Of a DNA stretch of 64,000 bases, positions 35,175-48,088 are shown one piece after another. The stretch is taken from NCBI RefSeq assembly GCF_036669915.1, contig NC_089312.1, positions 187,991 to 251,990 of the forward strand, written 5' to 3'. The first letter of the stretch is position 1. The number at the start of each line of letters is the position of its first letter. This DNA comes from Pocillopora verrucosa (Eukaryota). The notes under the pieces were generated by a model that saw only the letters and a list, made by a program, of their open reading frames with translations, was not told where the DNA came from and searched no databases. The position numbers and the translations under genes are program-made.

Positions 35175-36190
35175 GTAAGTGCTCCACAAAAATTTGTTTT
35201 CACTACTGGCAATTTGCTGAAAGGACTGCTCCAGCTTTGGGGCCATTTTAGTATTGGTAGTAAGGAGATAGCGAGGGTTTACTTATGAAGCATAGTGATA
35301 CAACCTCTGGGTAGAAAATGAGGGAGTGACTTACAAATACATGGAAATTTGGAATGTTTTGCTTTTATGTAAGGACTAGAATTGTGGTTTAAAAACTTAG
35401 TAGGTCAAAGAAAATTTTCAATACAGTATATGTGGTTGTAAGATTGTTACTATCAACAGACAACTAGTGCAGATTTCAAGTGATCCTTATCTGCCTGCTG
35501 CCTTATGACTAGATCATGGCTTCTTTTAAGCTGTTCTCAGCCCTCTGTTGTTACATTTTTCCTTCAATTGTGTAAAAGTATAGTTCATCCAGTTGTGAGT
35601 TGTCTTAACAAGGACTATTGTTAGTATCAGTGAGTGAGTCGAATTCAACAAAGGATTTATTAGTCAATCGTTTCAAGTTTATTTCATCAAAACAGATTGG
35701 TCAGTTTTGTCACAATATTATTGTCTTTAAGATTTATTAAAATTGGTTTATTTAATGTAAGGTTGGTCAGATCCTATCATTCAAAGTTCATTCAAAAGGG
35801 TGCAGTCATTCTGTATTTGTCAAGAATAAGTTGTTTATGCTAAATGACTACTCACCTTGGCCCAGTAGTTTAAAGGGTGGATAATGCTATCCAGATGATA
35901 AGTGTTACCAAGGGTACTGCACTATCTAATGGATAGCAATATCCATTCTGGAACAACCAGAGCCTGAATGATAAGACTACATAATCAAATGTTATTATAG
36001 AGTTAAAGCCATACACTATGAGACACTCTTTAGAATTATTACATTAGATTCTGCAACATTTTCAAATCAACTATAACATCTGTTGGACTTTAATTGCCCT
36101 TCCTTGTTGAGGTGTAGGTAAATTTTGCCTAAATCAACTCATGAAATTTCATCACTATCCCCTTAATATTTGCCATCCATTTATTTACAG

Positions 36191-36292
36191 CACAACACAA
36201 TTGAAGCTGTGCTAGAGAGAGGAGAGAAACTTGATGATCTTGTAGAAAAATCTGAAGGACTAACCATGCAGTCAAAAGCCTTCTACAAAACA
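36191..36292 (+). CDS. YKT6: YKT6 exon 7 (SNARE motif).
   Basis: [34 protein letters not shown], matching human [34 protein letters not shown]. Donor GTGAGT. Confidence 0.9.
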
Positions 36293-36647
36293 GTGAGTCA
36301 TTTCACAAAACTACTAGTGCCTTACCAAACAGTTTTAAACAACAGCCACAATTTAAGTTACTTCATTGCTGTCCCACATGATTGGACTAGAAACTATTCT
36401 TCAAAACAATTTGAGGGTAATTAGTTGCAAACAACTAAGCTTTGTAGCAGTATCCTGGAGAGACCACAGACAAAAGTTTGTTTATGTTGGTAATAGGATT
36501 AGGATAATAAGTTTCCGTCTATTAAGTTATTGCTTAAGTACAAACCAAAAAGTCCCAGAATATCCCTTTATATTATATGTTAAACAGTCTTACCAACATA
36601 CCACTTCTATCCAACGTAGGGAATTTTTTTTATCTCTGTTCAAACAG

Positions 36648-36683
36648 GCAAAGAAGACAAATTCATGTTGCAGTATACAATGA
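36648..36683 (+). CDS. YKT6: YKT6 exon 8 (C-terminal lipidation box).
   Basis: AKKTNSCCSIQ then TGA, matching human ARKQNSCCAIM. CaaX box with an adjacent Cys. Confidence 0.85.
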   Translation, partial: AKKTNSCCSIQ

Positions 36684-37865
36684 ATAACAACAAGGAATTG
36701 TCACAGAGGATTATTATTTTTGTACATAGATAGTGTTCTAGGACTTCTGGGACTGAACAGAAATTGTTTCAAGGGAGAAATGTGTAGCTATTAATTGAAA
36801 ACCTTCACTAGAGTTTAGGTCATCAGAAACTCAGCAAAGCATTGACCATGTGATTACCTCACTCCTCCTTCCCCCTCACCTCCACCCTCTTGACAAACAG
36901 TAAGGCAATTATCATTTAAAGAAAAACAATACAGACTTGAAAGAAATGTGTATATTTCAGCCGTGCTATATGCAATACCACAACTTATTTTGTAAATCTC
37001 AGTGTTTCCAAAAGTAATAATGGGATAATGGAAGGATAAATAAAGTTCAAGTTGTTATGTACAACTAAAGTATGAGCACAACCATGTCCAAGTTAGTTGA
37101 TCGTACCTCACTCTGTACTCAGAGGCAAAAAAAAAAAAAAATGCAATCTAAGTTTGTTCAGTTGCATAGCTTTGCTTAACATTGCAGCATGAAACAAGAA
37201 GAAGCAGTCATTTCAAAAACATTTATTGACATTGTATTATCAAGTACAGAGTATTATGGCCTTACAAAATTAATATCACAGGACATAAAGGAATAAATTG
37301 GCACCAAAAGTTTGACATAATATCATGAATGGATACTCCACATCCCTCCACAATCATAGAAAGATAGATGGCCATCTAAAACAGTGGAACTGAAACAGAA
37401 AGTAACCACAAAAGCATTCATTTTAAACCACAAAAAAAAAATAATAATCAACACTGTACTCACTCTTGTAACTTCTTCTGAAGCTTAGTTTTGACCTTGA
37501 AATTCTTAAAAAAGTCATTCTGAAAAATAACTAATACTTCTGTACCTATCCATCAAATAGCCCCCCTGGGGCAGGTGCCCTAAACACTATCAGATAAGCC
37601 ACATATTGAACACAAATTTGGAAAAAGGTTTTGGAAAAGAAATCACAAGTGTAGTCTTGGGAAAGTTGATTTATATTGGTTGCTTCATTAAACATAAGAG
37701 AGAGTAAACTAGCTAACATTGAAAACAGAGAATTCTTTGAATCATTACTTATAATTTTAGCTGTAATAGATGAAACACTTTGTTTTTCATATAAAGGGCC
37801 CTATAAACTTCGTACCACCTTCCCTTCAAGGGAGACTTCAAATTCCTTTCAAAAACCTAACCAAC

Positions 37866-37967
37866 CTTTATCAGCTTCAGCTTTCCTGATTGCCTCAAGC
37901 TCTGCTCTCTCTTTGGCCCTTGCAGCTTCTTCTTCCCTCTCACGAGCTGCTATAGGTTTGAGGTACT
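37866..37967 (-). CDS. Candidate coding exon of an unidentified minus-strand gene, a charged helical segment.
   Basis: Acceptor tttcctcag, donor GTTGGT; (x)YLKPIAAREREEEAARAKERAELEAIRKAEADK. No homolog recognised. Confidence 0.3.
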
Positions 37968-39199
37968 CTGAGGAAATGGTAAAAAAAAGGGTTGAGTGAT
38001 AATTTTTTTAATGGGTGATTAAAAACCTAAATTAACAATAAATACTGTTGAAAACTCTGCCCTTATAATCCAATTTGAAAGGGTTAATATAGGCTTTTAA
38101 CAGAGCTTCCATTAAGCTTAGAGCTAAGGGGGCTTTGTATTGCATAAACAAGTGCACTAAAATCATCTATGACGCTGTTAATCAAAGGGTGCTTTACATT
38201 TGCTGGTTTTATTTAACCTTTAAAACTGTCACTATGAATCAAACTTAACCCAGCATTTTAAAATAAAATCAAAACTAGTGACAAAAATGAAATAGGACAT
38301 CACCAAAATAGAAACTAAGACTTTTCCCTAAGATTACATTTAATCTTCTTGTGGTGCTAATGTTGATAATTCCTGGGTGATCTAGCTGCCTGCTAGCTTT
38401 TAACTTTACATAGTCTTGTTAGCATCATTGTCTGACTCATCCCTCTTAAAAATCCATAATTATTGATTATTGCCTCTCATAACAAACAAAGCAAGAGGGG
38501 GGAGGGATAGGGGCTTACAATTGGATGTAATTTTGGTTTACAAGACAATGGGCCTGTATTGAAGGCTTTTGTAACTTTTGGGCAGGGAGCACAAAAAAGA
38601 ATGAGCCAGTAAGGATGGTTGGTACTGTACTCCATGCTTTAACAATTTATATGATCAAAGTAAGAAGGAATTTCAATACGTGTAAAATAAAAATATTAAA
38701 GAAAATTGAGACGAAAGGTTTGAAGGTATTAAAAAATTATAATTACTACAAATTTGGGATTAACTTTTACCCATGAATGATATTTAGACAATTCAAATCC
38801 AAGAAATTCAAAATCATTGCAATATGTATTGTTCCTACTACTTAACCATTTCTTCTGTATCCATATGCCACACCAATGAGAAGAGCAGCATATCTTGAAA
38901 ACTGTTATATTAATGAAAAATATAATAACATAAATTGATGACTGCTCAAAATATCTCTAAACGGATTGAAGTTTGCAATGTTTCTATTCCTTCACTGAAC
39001 ACAGATTATACACTACACTACACTGCCAGAAGAGAGAGAATCAAGAAAGAACGTGACTATATTTAATAATACCAGACATAGAGCAAACTGTTTCAACCAA
39101 AAATACACATAATACTCACATAAAACCATTCATATTGTTTAATCATTACAACACAAAATCTGAACTATCTTAACTATTGGCGTGAACCAGTTTCATACA

Positions 39200-39560
39200 G
39201 GCTTAAACTACGCGTTCACGAACTCCCTTCGATAAGAGCACATCAAGGTTACAGATTCGATGATTACGACTTACCCGAATCGCTGGATTCACATTGACCG
39301 GCATCTTTACCCCAGTTACGACGAGAAAGCCCCGCTATTCCAAGATGGCGCCTGTCAAAGCAACAGATAACCCAAAATGCATTGTACGAGAGGAAAAGAT
39401 AAGATGGAGACTGGGGACCAGAAAGGAAAATAGCTCTTGCCTAGGCTGTACCCGAATGCGGATGGAGTAGGACCAAGATAGTTTGGGACTAGGGTTTGAG
39501 ATTGACCCCGCATAGCCGCGATCCATCATGATAACTAATTTGAGAGGGATGCTGCGGAAG
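39200..39560. promoter_or_regulatory. GC-rich island with a YY1-type CAAGATGGCGCC motif; a possible promoter or first exon.
   Basis: Local GC is far above the flanks, with many CpGs (cgcgttcacgaa...ccgcatagccgcgatcc). ATGGCGCC sits at about 39343 on the plus strand. Overlapping ORFs on both strands with no recognisable homology. Confidence 0.25.
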
Positions 39561-40182
39561 GTAATTACCCACATACACTCTGTTTTTTTTAGCTACCGCC
39601 TTTTTAAATGCATTCTCGTGCATTGATATATAAGAAAGAGGCCTTCTCCCACTCGAAATCATATAGCCTGCGGTAAGTTTTGCAAGTTCCTTGAGTCGGC
39701 CTTGTTTCCACTTTGTTGATGATAAAAAATTGAGCTTTTCCACGGATGTCGTGTGTATAAAACTATACTTATCACAACGGCTAATCAAGAAAGGACAATT
39801 TCAAAAGAAGCCAATGAAAAATCAGAGGAAACGAAGAAAACAACCTTAAGCGGGAAAACGCTAGTGCTGAGCCAAGTCGCCATTTAGTTTTCCATTTGAT
39901 TAATAGAGAAAGTAGCATCATATTTTTTGACCAATCATACATCAACTAAATGTTACTACACTGCAAGCCATTCACAACTCACAACACCATTTGCCACATG
40001 GTCAAAATAATTATTTAATGAATACCAAAGAAATATTGCAATGTTCACACTTCACAACTTAAGCCTGCTTATAAGAGACGTCAACGTCAGCAGGATAATT
40101 CGTACAGAATGGCAAAAATACTTTAGATAGATATCAAAATACTCCTACATTGTATCAAGCGTGCTCACTCCTTAAAACCGGT

Positions 40183-40209
40183 GGGGGGGGGGGTGGTGGT
40201 GGTGGTGGT
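40183..40209. repeat. G11 homopolymer followed by (GGT)6.
   Basis: ccggtggggggggggggtggtggtggtggtggtgaag. Confidence 0.9.
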
Positions 40210-41956
40210 GAAGAAAATGAATCTCAAGATTCAAAGCATTAAAATAAACACTTATAACTGTGTTATAAGTGTTTATTTCAATGTTACTCATTTATTTGTC
40301 TGTTCACACGTCGGCGTCCCTCAGAGATTTTGTTTCTTTGGTTAATCTTCTCCTATCTTTTTTCACTTTTTTAAAAAGGTTTTTAGAACTTTTATCGAGG
40401 ACCGATTAAGAATATCCGAACGGTAATATAAATACGTCTTAAACTAAATAAATATATTTCAAAACAGTCACTGAAATAGTAAACTATCGGTAACAGCCAT
40501 GTGCAATTAAATCGTCAACAGATCATTTCAGTTCAGAACCAACACACTTGGTAAATCAACAGCTGCCCTTTTGCTTGGAAAATATATCAACAGGAGGATG
40601 GCCATCTGACTGAGAGTTCTGTCTCGTGATTTCTTCGTTTATATCTAACAAGTAACGGTCTATGAATGTTCCCAAAACTAAGGGTGAGTTAAGGAATAAC
40701 CTTGAGTTTTCTCTGCTCAACACGTTTGTTGCCTTGTCACGCAAGACCTTTTTTCTAGCAATGTGTAAGAAATCTATATTCTCTCTAAGAAAAATAAAAC
40801 ATTTCAAGGTCACTCTGTCACGATAAAGCTTCCAAGCATTGAAACTCAGTAGTAGTTGTTGACTAGCAGCTATTCCTATACACAAGTGGGTTTACATTGC
40901 AACATTAAAGGATACGTGGATGATTGTAATCCTTGTCTCCAGTAAGACTGACGTAATGTAGGCCATTGTAAAACCAGCCTGGAGGCAGTGGATCAAACTT
41001 GTGCTTGGACTAAGCATGAAACAACAGTGATTTTTAAGTAATGAATGCAAATCAACAAAGCTAATCATCTCACAATAGCTGCTATTTATATATCACGACA
41101 CTGCAGAACGCAGGAAATACAGATAAAAGAGTTTTATGACGAGAAAATAAACTTTTTCAACCGAAGTTCCTATATTGGTACACTATTCAGTGCCGCATTC
41201 TGTCCTCAACGTTTAATGGCTCCATATAATGGCTGTATGTTACAGTAACTGACCAACGCTTTAGGGTGTGGTCTGAAAAGAATCGCAATAACAGATGCAC
41301 CGCACTCCTTCACGCGGTTGAGTCATGCTGAAAATCTGTGGTTTGGAGAAGGAACAAGGAATGTTCTATGCTATTACCAAACACTTGGATTGACCGTGGC
41401 CTCATCACTGTACTTACCCCAACGTTGGCTATTTCTTTCTCTGACAGATCCTCGCGCGTTTTTAACTTCTGTTTCCCTGGTGCCTACAACCAACATGTTT
41501 TGTTCTGTAAATGAAGACTACGGGCGATAACCTACACTGGCTATGAAAATGGAGGGTCTATCACAGCCAGTCGGTCTGGTCTGACGTTATAAAGGAGATT
41601 GGTTGAAAAGAAAACTAACAGAGAAAGCTTCATCAGTCTTAAAACACACATTTCTTTCAAAAAGTTTAGTCGACAATACACTTGGAAGTGTAACAGGGAG
41701 TTCTCCACCGAACTTTCGACGCGATTTGATCCCGCCTACTTCCAAACAGTTTATGTTAATCTTTGACCCAAAATAGACAGAAACCTGTCTTAAATTTCAC
41801 TGGCAATGCAATAAACACCAAAAAAAAAAAATCACATTCCAACTTTTTTTTACTGAAGGTCAAGAGTTTTGCGCACGTTGTGTTCATGAGTAGGGCGGCT
41901 AGATTTTCACAAACAAGTTTGCAGGCATCATAGTTGTACTGCGATAGTTAACATAC

Positions 41957-42175
41957 CGGTTTACAACAGGTTTTGAGCCAGTCCTTTAGAACCTGTTCTT
42001 GAAGACTAAATCCAGTGAAAACGATAAAGTACTCGTGGATTCCCTCCACAGTGCCATTTTGTTGGGCCTTTGCTGAAGGAGGTCGCGGAACAGCAGAGCT
42101 GTCTACGGGGCTCATTTTTAGCAATCCATTCAGACGGGACCAGTGAACGTGTACCTTTTTATCAGGATCTTCTTC
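41957..42175 (-). CDS. Candidate exon of the glycerate-kinase-like gene.
   Basis: Part of ORF 41948..42220; acceptor ctgccag, donor GTATGT; EEDPDKKVHVHWSRLNGLLKMSPVDSSAVPRPPSAKAQQNGTVEGIHEYFIVFTGFSLQEQVLKDWLKTCCKP. Confidence 0.4.
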
Positions 42176-42282
42176 TGGCAGAAACAAAAAAAATTGAGAG
42201 AGCGTGATGAGGTAAGACAAAAGTTTTCGTATCGTTACACTGATTCAATGTTCAAAGAGAAAGAATGCATTGGCTCTGTTAC

Positions 42283-42321
42283 CTGAGAAACAGGCATGCC
42301 CTTGTAGGCTGTGAATTGCCC
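42283..42321 (-). CDS. Candidate micro-exon of the glycerate-kinase-like gene.
   Basis: Acceptor catcatag, donor GTAACA; 39 nt with open frames. Its phase is not reconciled with the neighbouring exons. Confidence 0.25.
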
Positions 42322-43262
42322 CTATGATGGAAAAGATAAATAATAGTGATATTTGACTAATAAGCTGCAGGGCAGCAAGAGAACAAAGTAAACCACCCAA
42401 GAGACTGAACCAACCTGTTGAATGTGTCTCCTTGGATGATATGGGTCCATGGAGCGCTATAAAAAGAAGCAGTGAACTTCATGGACTGCTCAATGATTCA
42501 GTAAGGTAATTATTAGTTGAAAAACAAATTGACTGAATTAACTTTGCTAAAATGTCCCACCTTTAAGGTTCGAAACAAATCTCTGCCTGCTTAGTGGTCC
42601 ATAGAATGCCACACCAATCTATTAATAAAAGATCAAAATTTCCCTCAGCTAAGTTAAATATGTCCACCATGATCTATTCACTTTAACGTCAGATCGCGCA
42701 CCGAGGTTAGCTTTGCTGATATCCAAAGTGTTTGCTGATTACAGCAGACACTCCTCGATCTCATTTATAAGCACACTACGGAATGGGTTTTTTCACATGC
42801 ACTGTGAAACGTCACTGATCATAAAATCATTTAATTCCAACAAGTGCATTGTGATTTGTCAACGCGTAACTGTCTTAAAAAATACCTCGTTAATTTGCGG
42901 TTCTGTGATTCCAGTTGAAAACAAACCCAAAGACCTTTAGGATAAAAAGAAGCTAAAGTTGATATCTGTACAATAATTGATATTTTCGACTTGAAGGTTT
43001 TGATCCATTTTCTAAGTTATAAACCTGTACCATCCTGTCTTGATCCAACTATATGTCTGAAAAAAACCAAATGTCTTTCACTTTGGAGTTCTTTGATCTT
43101 AGATTGTCGACCAAACATGCACGAGAAGCGGCCATACAGTAGTAAACAGCAAAAAGCGAGTAACAATTGCACTACTGATAAAGGAAAAAAAAAAGCAACA
43201 GGAAAGAGAAAGGAAACAGCCCTCGAACCGTAAGTTGGTTGTCGCTATCTTAAGTAACTTAC

Positions 43263-43349
43263 CAGCCGGGACACATTAGCTCTCTCTTCTGTACCATCCT
43301 GTCCTCGTCAAATGCACTGTCTGACAGAATTAACTCAACATCAGGTGTC
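43263..43349 (-). CDS. Candidate exon of the glycerate-kinase-like gene.
   Basis: Acceptor cttatag, donor GTAAGT; (R)TPDVELILSDSAFDEDRMVQKRELMCPG. Confidence 0.4.
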
Positions 43350-43453
43350 CTATAAGCATACCACAAACACTATCAGCTGCGTTCAAACTGGCATGTAGCA
43401 CAGAGCTGTAAGAGCTCTTTCTTCACTAATAAGCAGGAAAAGCTATAGGCTAC

Positions 43454-43542
43454 CTTGTAACTTCCCCTCCTTTAGCGAGAATAAAAGCCACATCCGGGTT
43501 ACAAGCTCGCACCAGTTTCTGGACAAAGCTGAGCTGCTCATT
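43454..43542 (-). CDS. Candidate exon of the glycerate-kinase-like gene.
   Basis: Acceptor ttctctag, donor GTAGCC; NEQLSFVQKLVRACNPDVAFILAKGGEVT(R). In phase with the next exon. Confidence 0.4.
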
Positions 43543-44102
43543 CTAGAGAAAGACAAATTTGTAATATAGACTACGAACTTAGCATAAATAAGATCGGTTG
43601 CGTTAAATGTTTCAAAAGACGTAGAGGTTCTGAGGGAAATTTTACCTGAGGCTCCAAACAGCTTGTAAACACAACATTGTTAACCCAGCCTGTTCAAATA
43701 AGAAAATAGTACAAGAAAATTTTGACACATACTAGCGTTCTTGTAAAAAATGGAACAAAAACTTAGTTGGACTCGTAGATATGAGTCAATTCAGTAATTC
43801 CCTTTAATGTACATGTGTGGAAAAAGCCTGTTGTCCGACGCTCGAGCTAACAAAGAGAGCTTCTTTCATCCGGTCATCTTCAATTGCGACATGTGTTGAT
43901 AGAGTCTCTACACTCAGAACAATACGTGCACATCGTAAGAACTGAATTTGTTTGTCACAAACCTTGAGCGCACTGTTCCAGTAGCATAGGCAATGTCAGT
44001 CTATTGAAAAAACAAACAAACAAACAAAAGACTTTCCATGAATATTTTTCAAGTTAGGAAAGAATATCACTCAGACGATATCTGTATCATGGATTTTCTC
44101 AC

Positions 44103-44228
44103 CTGTGCTCCATAAAGGTATTAAGCGGGTCTACACAGCATGTGACAGCACCAATCTTGACACACTTGGACATCTCAGCATCAGGGTGAGTCCTTATGGC
44201 TTGAATAACCTCTGCTACATCAGTGAAC
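44103..44228 (-). CDS. Candidate exon of the glycerate-kinase-like gene, N-terminal region.
   Basis: Acceptor ttgtaag, donor GTGAGA; (x)FTDVAEVIQAIRTHPDAEMSKCVKIGAVTCCVDPLNTFMEH. Confidence 0.4.
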
Positions 44229-46086
44229 CTTACAAACAATCGAAAGAGCTCATTATTCTCTGACAAACTCAACACTACTTCCCCCCCATAACTTCACGGT
44301 ATTACTCGGAGCGCCTTACCCTGGTGTGACCACAATTACTCGCAGTCGTCTACCGCTGGCTGAGAGCCTGGCATGCAGGCGTCGCTGACTTGACAAAGTT
44401 GTGGTCAGTGATTCTTGTAAAACTGAAACAATAAAAGAAGACAAAATTGAGAGAAAAAAGTTTCCTGATGAAGGACCAGGGCTAAAATCCTAACGAAGAG
44501 AAATAAAGTTAACGTAATAAGGCAATTTCAATTCGAAACAATAACGCTGTGCTCTCTTACTCACCCCACCCTCCCCTTCTTTTTCGCGGAAAAAGGATAG
44601 GTCCCAGATATACACGTCCATGCAGAACAAGGGTCTAGGTTCCCTTACAAACTACTCTGAAATCACACTCTGAAGTCTTACTCTAACATTGTAATTAAAA
44701 CCCGAAATCATTGTACTCTCTAATTATAAGAACGAGGCGAGGCCATTTCTCTCCATATTCGTCAAAATATGACTTTCTTTCCGTTTGTTCCTCAGAACTG
44801 TTAGTTCCTCAGAAACTGTTAGTTCCGTATCGAGAGTGAAAAATTACCGACCAAAAATATCTAGACTGACAACACCAAGCCTGGCTTAAGATACTAGACA
44901 ACACACCTTTAGGGTCAAAAGTATCTGAATTACTGACTGGCCTCTGTAAGATTATCCACCTGTCATAAAATAAGAACCGTGTTCATGATCAGTATAAATA
45001 ACATACAGATCCTCATAAACAGATTATAAACATTTAACATACTTGCTGTTTTCCTTGGCAAGTGCTACAAGAGCTAAACACAGAGACTCTTTACTGCTAC
45101 CAGGGACACCAGTTAGGATGGTTAATAATAACTGAAAAACAACAAACAACGCAGCTGAATTAAAGTGAATCAATGAAACGAAGAGGATATAGTAATTCAT
45201 CTTGAATTTACTTTTGTAGTGTTAAATCTTCAGCCTTTTTAACACTGAATGCCTGTATATCGTGTCCCGTATAAATCATACCCATTACAACTGGGATCCT
45301 ACACGTACAAGTCCAGGGGATCTCAAATAACAACCAACTTTCCTTTACCTCAAAATCCCTTGACTGCCTCCCTTTTTCTACGCGCTTATTTCCTAGAATC
45401 ACAGGTAAACCATCACACATAACAGGCATGTTACCAAACGAACTGCTCACGGAGCAATGACACAGGAAACTGAAATAAAACGAGAAGAATAAAGTAATTG
45501 TACGTGATACATCACGCCAACGTTTAGTACGGTGCATCACATCAAGCAACTTGTACAAGAATTATCCTCACCCTTTTAAATTTGTTAGCAGGACTTCAGC
45601 TGTAGATAGATCCTGTATATTCGATCCTCTTGAAAGCTTTAACAACTGTTGCAAATTCACGTGCCTAAAAGAATTGAACAATCACTCATGTCACATGTAC
45701 ATGTTGTGGTTCAAATTTATCTTTGGTTCAAATTTTATTTTCTTTTGTTTTTGGGTATTGTAATGTATGATAATGAGATTGAAACAAAGGAAAATAAAAT
45801 TTGAACCAATGATAAAATTGAACCAAAACATACACATCAAAATGAAAGGATACATGCAATTCTCAAAAAATTCATACTCACTGTTCTTTTAAATCGTAGG
45901 GCAAATCTGAAAGCGCGTGAAAAAAAAATGAAAAAGAAAAAGATGAGTTAAACCTCTAACTATTCAATGCCCAAATAGGAAAATTAAAAGAAACTTATCT
46001 CGGAGAGTGAGAAAGCCTATGCTTATTGGAGTAAGCCTGAGTAAAACCTCTTTACCAAGCTTCAGAGGGAAATCGCTCTATCTTAC

Positions 46087-46215
46087 CGTCAACAGTTTCA
46101 AATTGTGGAAAGTTTGGCAGCTGCCTTTCCTTCCACAGGTGGATCACATCAGAGTAAAATTGTCTGTAAGTTCTGGAACGAGGCGTGAGAGCCAACAGCA
46201 CGTGACTCTGTTTGG
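46087..46215 (-). CDS. Candidate exon of the unidentified gene.
   Basis: Acceptor cttacag, donor GTAAGA; KQSHVLLALTPRSRTYRQFYSDVIHLWKERQLPNFPQFETVD. Confidence 0.4.
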
Positions 46216-46415
46216 CTGTAAGGTAATAGGGTAGACTTTCCTTTGAACTGGGATGATATGAAATGATCAGGAGAGCACAGAACGTGTCCTACCGCAAAGA
46301 AGTAAACACATATATTAGAATTCCTCACTCACAAGTCACTTTTCTGAGTTAGCAGTGGTATAAATAACTACAAATCAAAAGAGGCAACCAAAGGAACGTT
46401 CATTTAAAACCATAC

Positions 46416-46519
46416 CTTGTCATAAAACTGAAGTTTAGATATCTTGGACGTTTGTAGCACAATGGAACCAGCTCTGGGATGAACAAACACAAAGCCTTGC
46501 TCATAGATAAACAGCGAAC
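46416..46519 (-). CDS. Candidate exon of the unidentified gene.
   Basis: Acceptor atttccag, donor GTATGG; SLFIYEQGFVFVHPRAGSIVLQTSKISKLQFYDK. Confidence 0.4.
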
Positions 46520-47500
46520 CTGGAAATCAACAGCACAGGCGTTGATATCCTTTGTATTTATTTTATACATGTATATCCGAGTAGAATTCATAATCTTAAT
46601 TTAATTTAAGGTCAAGTACATTCAAAGTAGCCCCTTCAAAAGCATCTCACTTGTCATGGAAATAAAGAGAGTGATTTTATTTTCAATAAATCCTGTAAGT
46701 CTCTTGTTGAAAAGGAAGTATGTACCCTGGATCTCAATCAGAAATCAAGGGTCAAAAGTCAAACGTCCCTTTCCCAAAAGAAAACACAAGACTTCATAAT
46801 TATACATATATAAGAAAAGAATCTGAATTAACCTGTTTCCCAACTGTTCACCAAACTTGAAATAAAAACTTGGTTACCGCACAGTAACTGTTTTCCTAAA
46901 ACATCGCTATCAGCTTTTGACTGTAAACAGAGAAAATAATAAACAGGATGTGTAAGATGGGTTTCTAATTATTTTGAGTTAACAATGAAACAACAGGAAT
47001 CAAGTATACTAACCCATGTAATCGTCTTCAGTTATTGAGATATGCATTTTCTTGTGTCAAAATGCTTTATTTTAAGTAAACATTTAAAAGTCATGCTGGT
47101 CAAAGTCACCTTGGCAAATGACTCAATCTCCTCAGAAATCTGTCTGTCTTTGCCATACCCCTGGGAGAATAGAAAGCATATTACAATACTTTTTTGGCCA
47201 CTCATCGTCTCAAGAGAAGAGAATAATCATAATACTATGGCAATGGCATGTTTAAAACACAGAAAAACTTAATATCTTATTATACCTGCCATGTAACAAA
47301 TCTGGGGATGTTTTCTGTCAGGAAAACAAACGAGGTGTCCCATAAGTGTGACCCATCTGGAAAACAAGGAAATCATGCCAAACATTCACTTCATGTTTCA
47401 ATGGCTCTGTGATTCTCTTACATAATACCAAGCATGCTCTAACTACTTGATTTAAGCATTATGAGAACTGATTTGGGTTAAGCAAACATCCACTGTGTAC

Positions 47501-47612
47501 CTGGGACAAGTGTCCTTATGGCTGAGTCAAGGAAAGATTCACCAAACACCACAGAACCCAAGATCTGCCCAGGGTGCTCTATACTTGGTATGTCATACAA
47601 ATACAGACATGC
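47501..47612 (-). CDS. Candidate exon of the unidentified gene.
   Basis: Acceptor gtttcag, donor GTACAC; ACLYLYDIPSIEHPGQILGSVVFGESFLDSAIRTLVP. Confidence 0.4.
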
Positions 47613-47966
47613 CTGAAACAACACACAAAGCAAAAACAATTTGAAAAGTGAAGACATTGGGAAGGCAAAAACAAAAAAATTGTCAGAAGATCAATGTTAT
47701 CAATGCATACAGTGTACACAGTATCAAGGAATAATAATAAAACTCTACAAATTAAATGTAAACAGTCAGTTTTAAATATCTTAATACTAAAAGCTTACTT
47801 TTTTAATACCAGAGATTGGTATATCCTCATGTAAATCAACACTCCTAGAAATGAAAGATAATAGAATTAGTATTAATAATAATTAACAAACTTTACAAAA
47901 TGTATTTAAATGTGCAAGTTTAATTTCTTGACAGTAAACAATTCAATAGCAGAAAGTAATATGTAC

Positions 47967-48088
47967 CTCCCATAAAAATCACAAGCTTCCACAGAAAACT
48001 TCACATTGTTGGATAAAAAGGAAGATTTCACTTCAACATGTCTTTCTCCCAAACCTCGCTTGAGCTCTGACAGAACACTTGAGTAACT
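47967..48088 (-). CDS. Candidate exon of the unidentified gene.
   Basis: Acceptor ttttaag, donor GTACAT; SYSSVLSELKRGLGERHVEVKSSFLSNNVKFSVEACDFYG. Confidence 0.4.

Larger units (their letters stand above)
31591..36683 (+). other. YKT6: Gene span of the YKT6 longin-SNARE, 8 coding exons, 197 aa.
   Basis: The exons sum to 594 nt including the stop and are collinear with human YKT6 (198 aa) end to end. Confidence 0.85.
41650..44228 (-). other. Span of a minus-strand multi-exon gene, tentatively a MOFRL-family glycerate kinase-like protein. The exon set is incomplete.
   Basis: Candidate exons on the minus strand show echoes of MOFRL motifs in the right order: KIGAVTCCVDPLNTFMEH (N-terminal A..AVDP), LILSD, HGPISSKETH / APWTHIIQGD, and KFGGELPVTLPS (GGEPTV-like) near 41700. 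Phases between several exons do not close, so exons are missing or mis-delimited. Confidence 0.3.

Noticed and set aside
40556-40885. A 109-aa minus-strand ORF (…LGTFIDRYLLDINEEITRQNSQSDGHPPVDIFSKQKGSC), considered as the C-terminal exon of the glycerate-kinase-like gene or as a transposon fragment.
   Set aside because: It has no convincing match to the MOFRL C-terminus (GPTGTNVMD is absent) and no splice acceptor in phase. Left unassigned.
43805-43960. A long open frame ...FLRCARIVLSVETLSTHVAIEDDRMKEALFVSSSVGQQAFSTHVH, then stop (minus strand), considered as a terminal exon.
   Set aside because: It would place a stop codon 5' of further exons (43263..43542, 41957..42321) that have better splice signals and homology echoes. 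It is more likely intronic.
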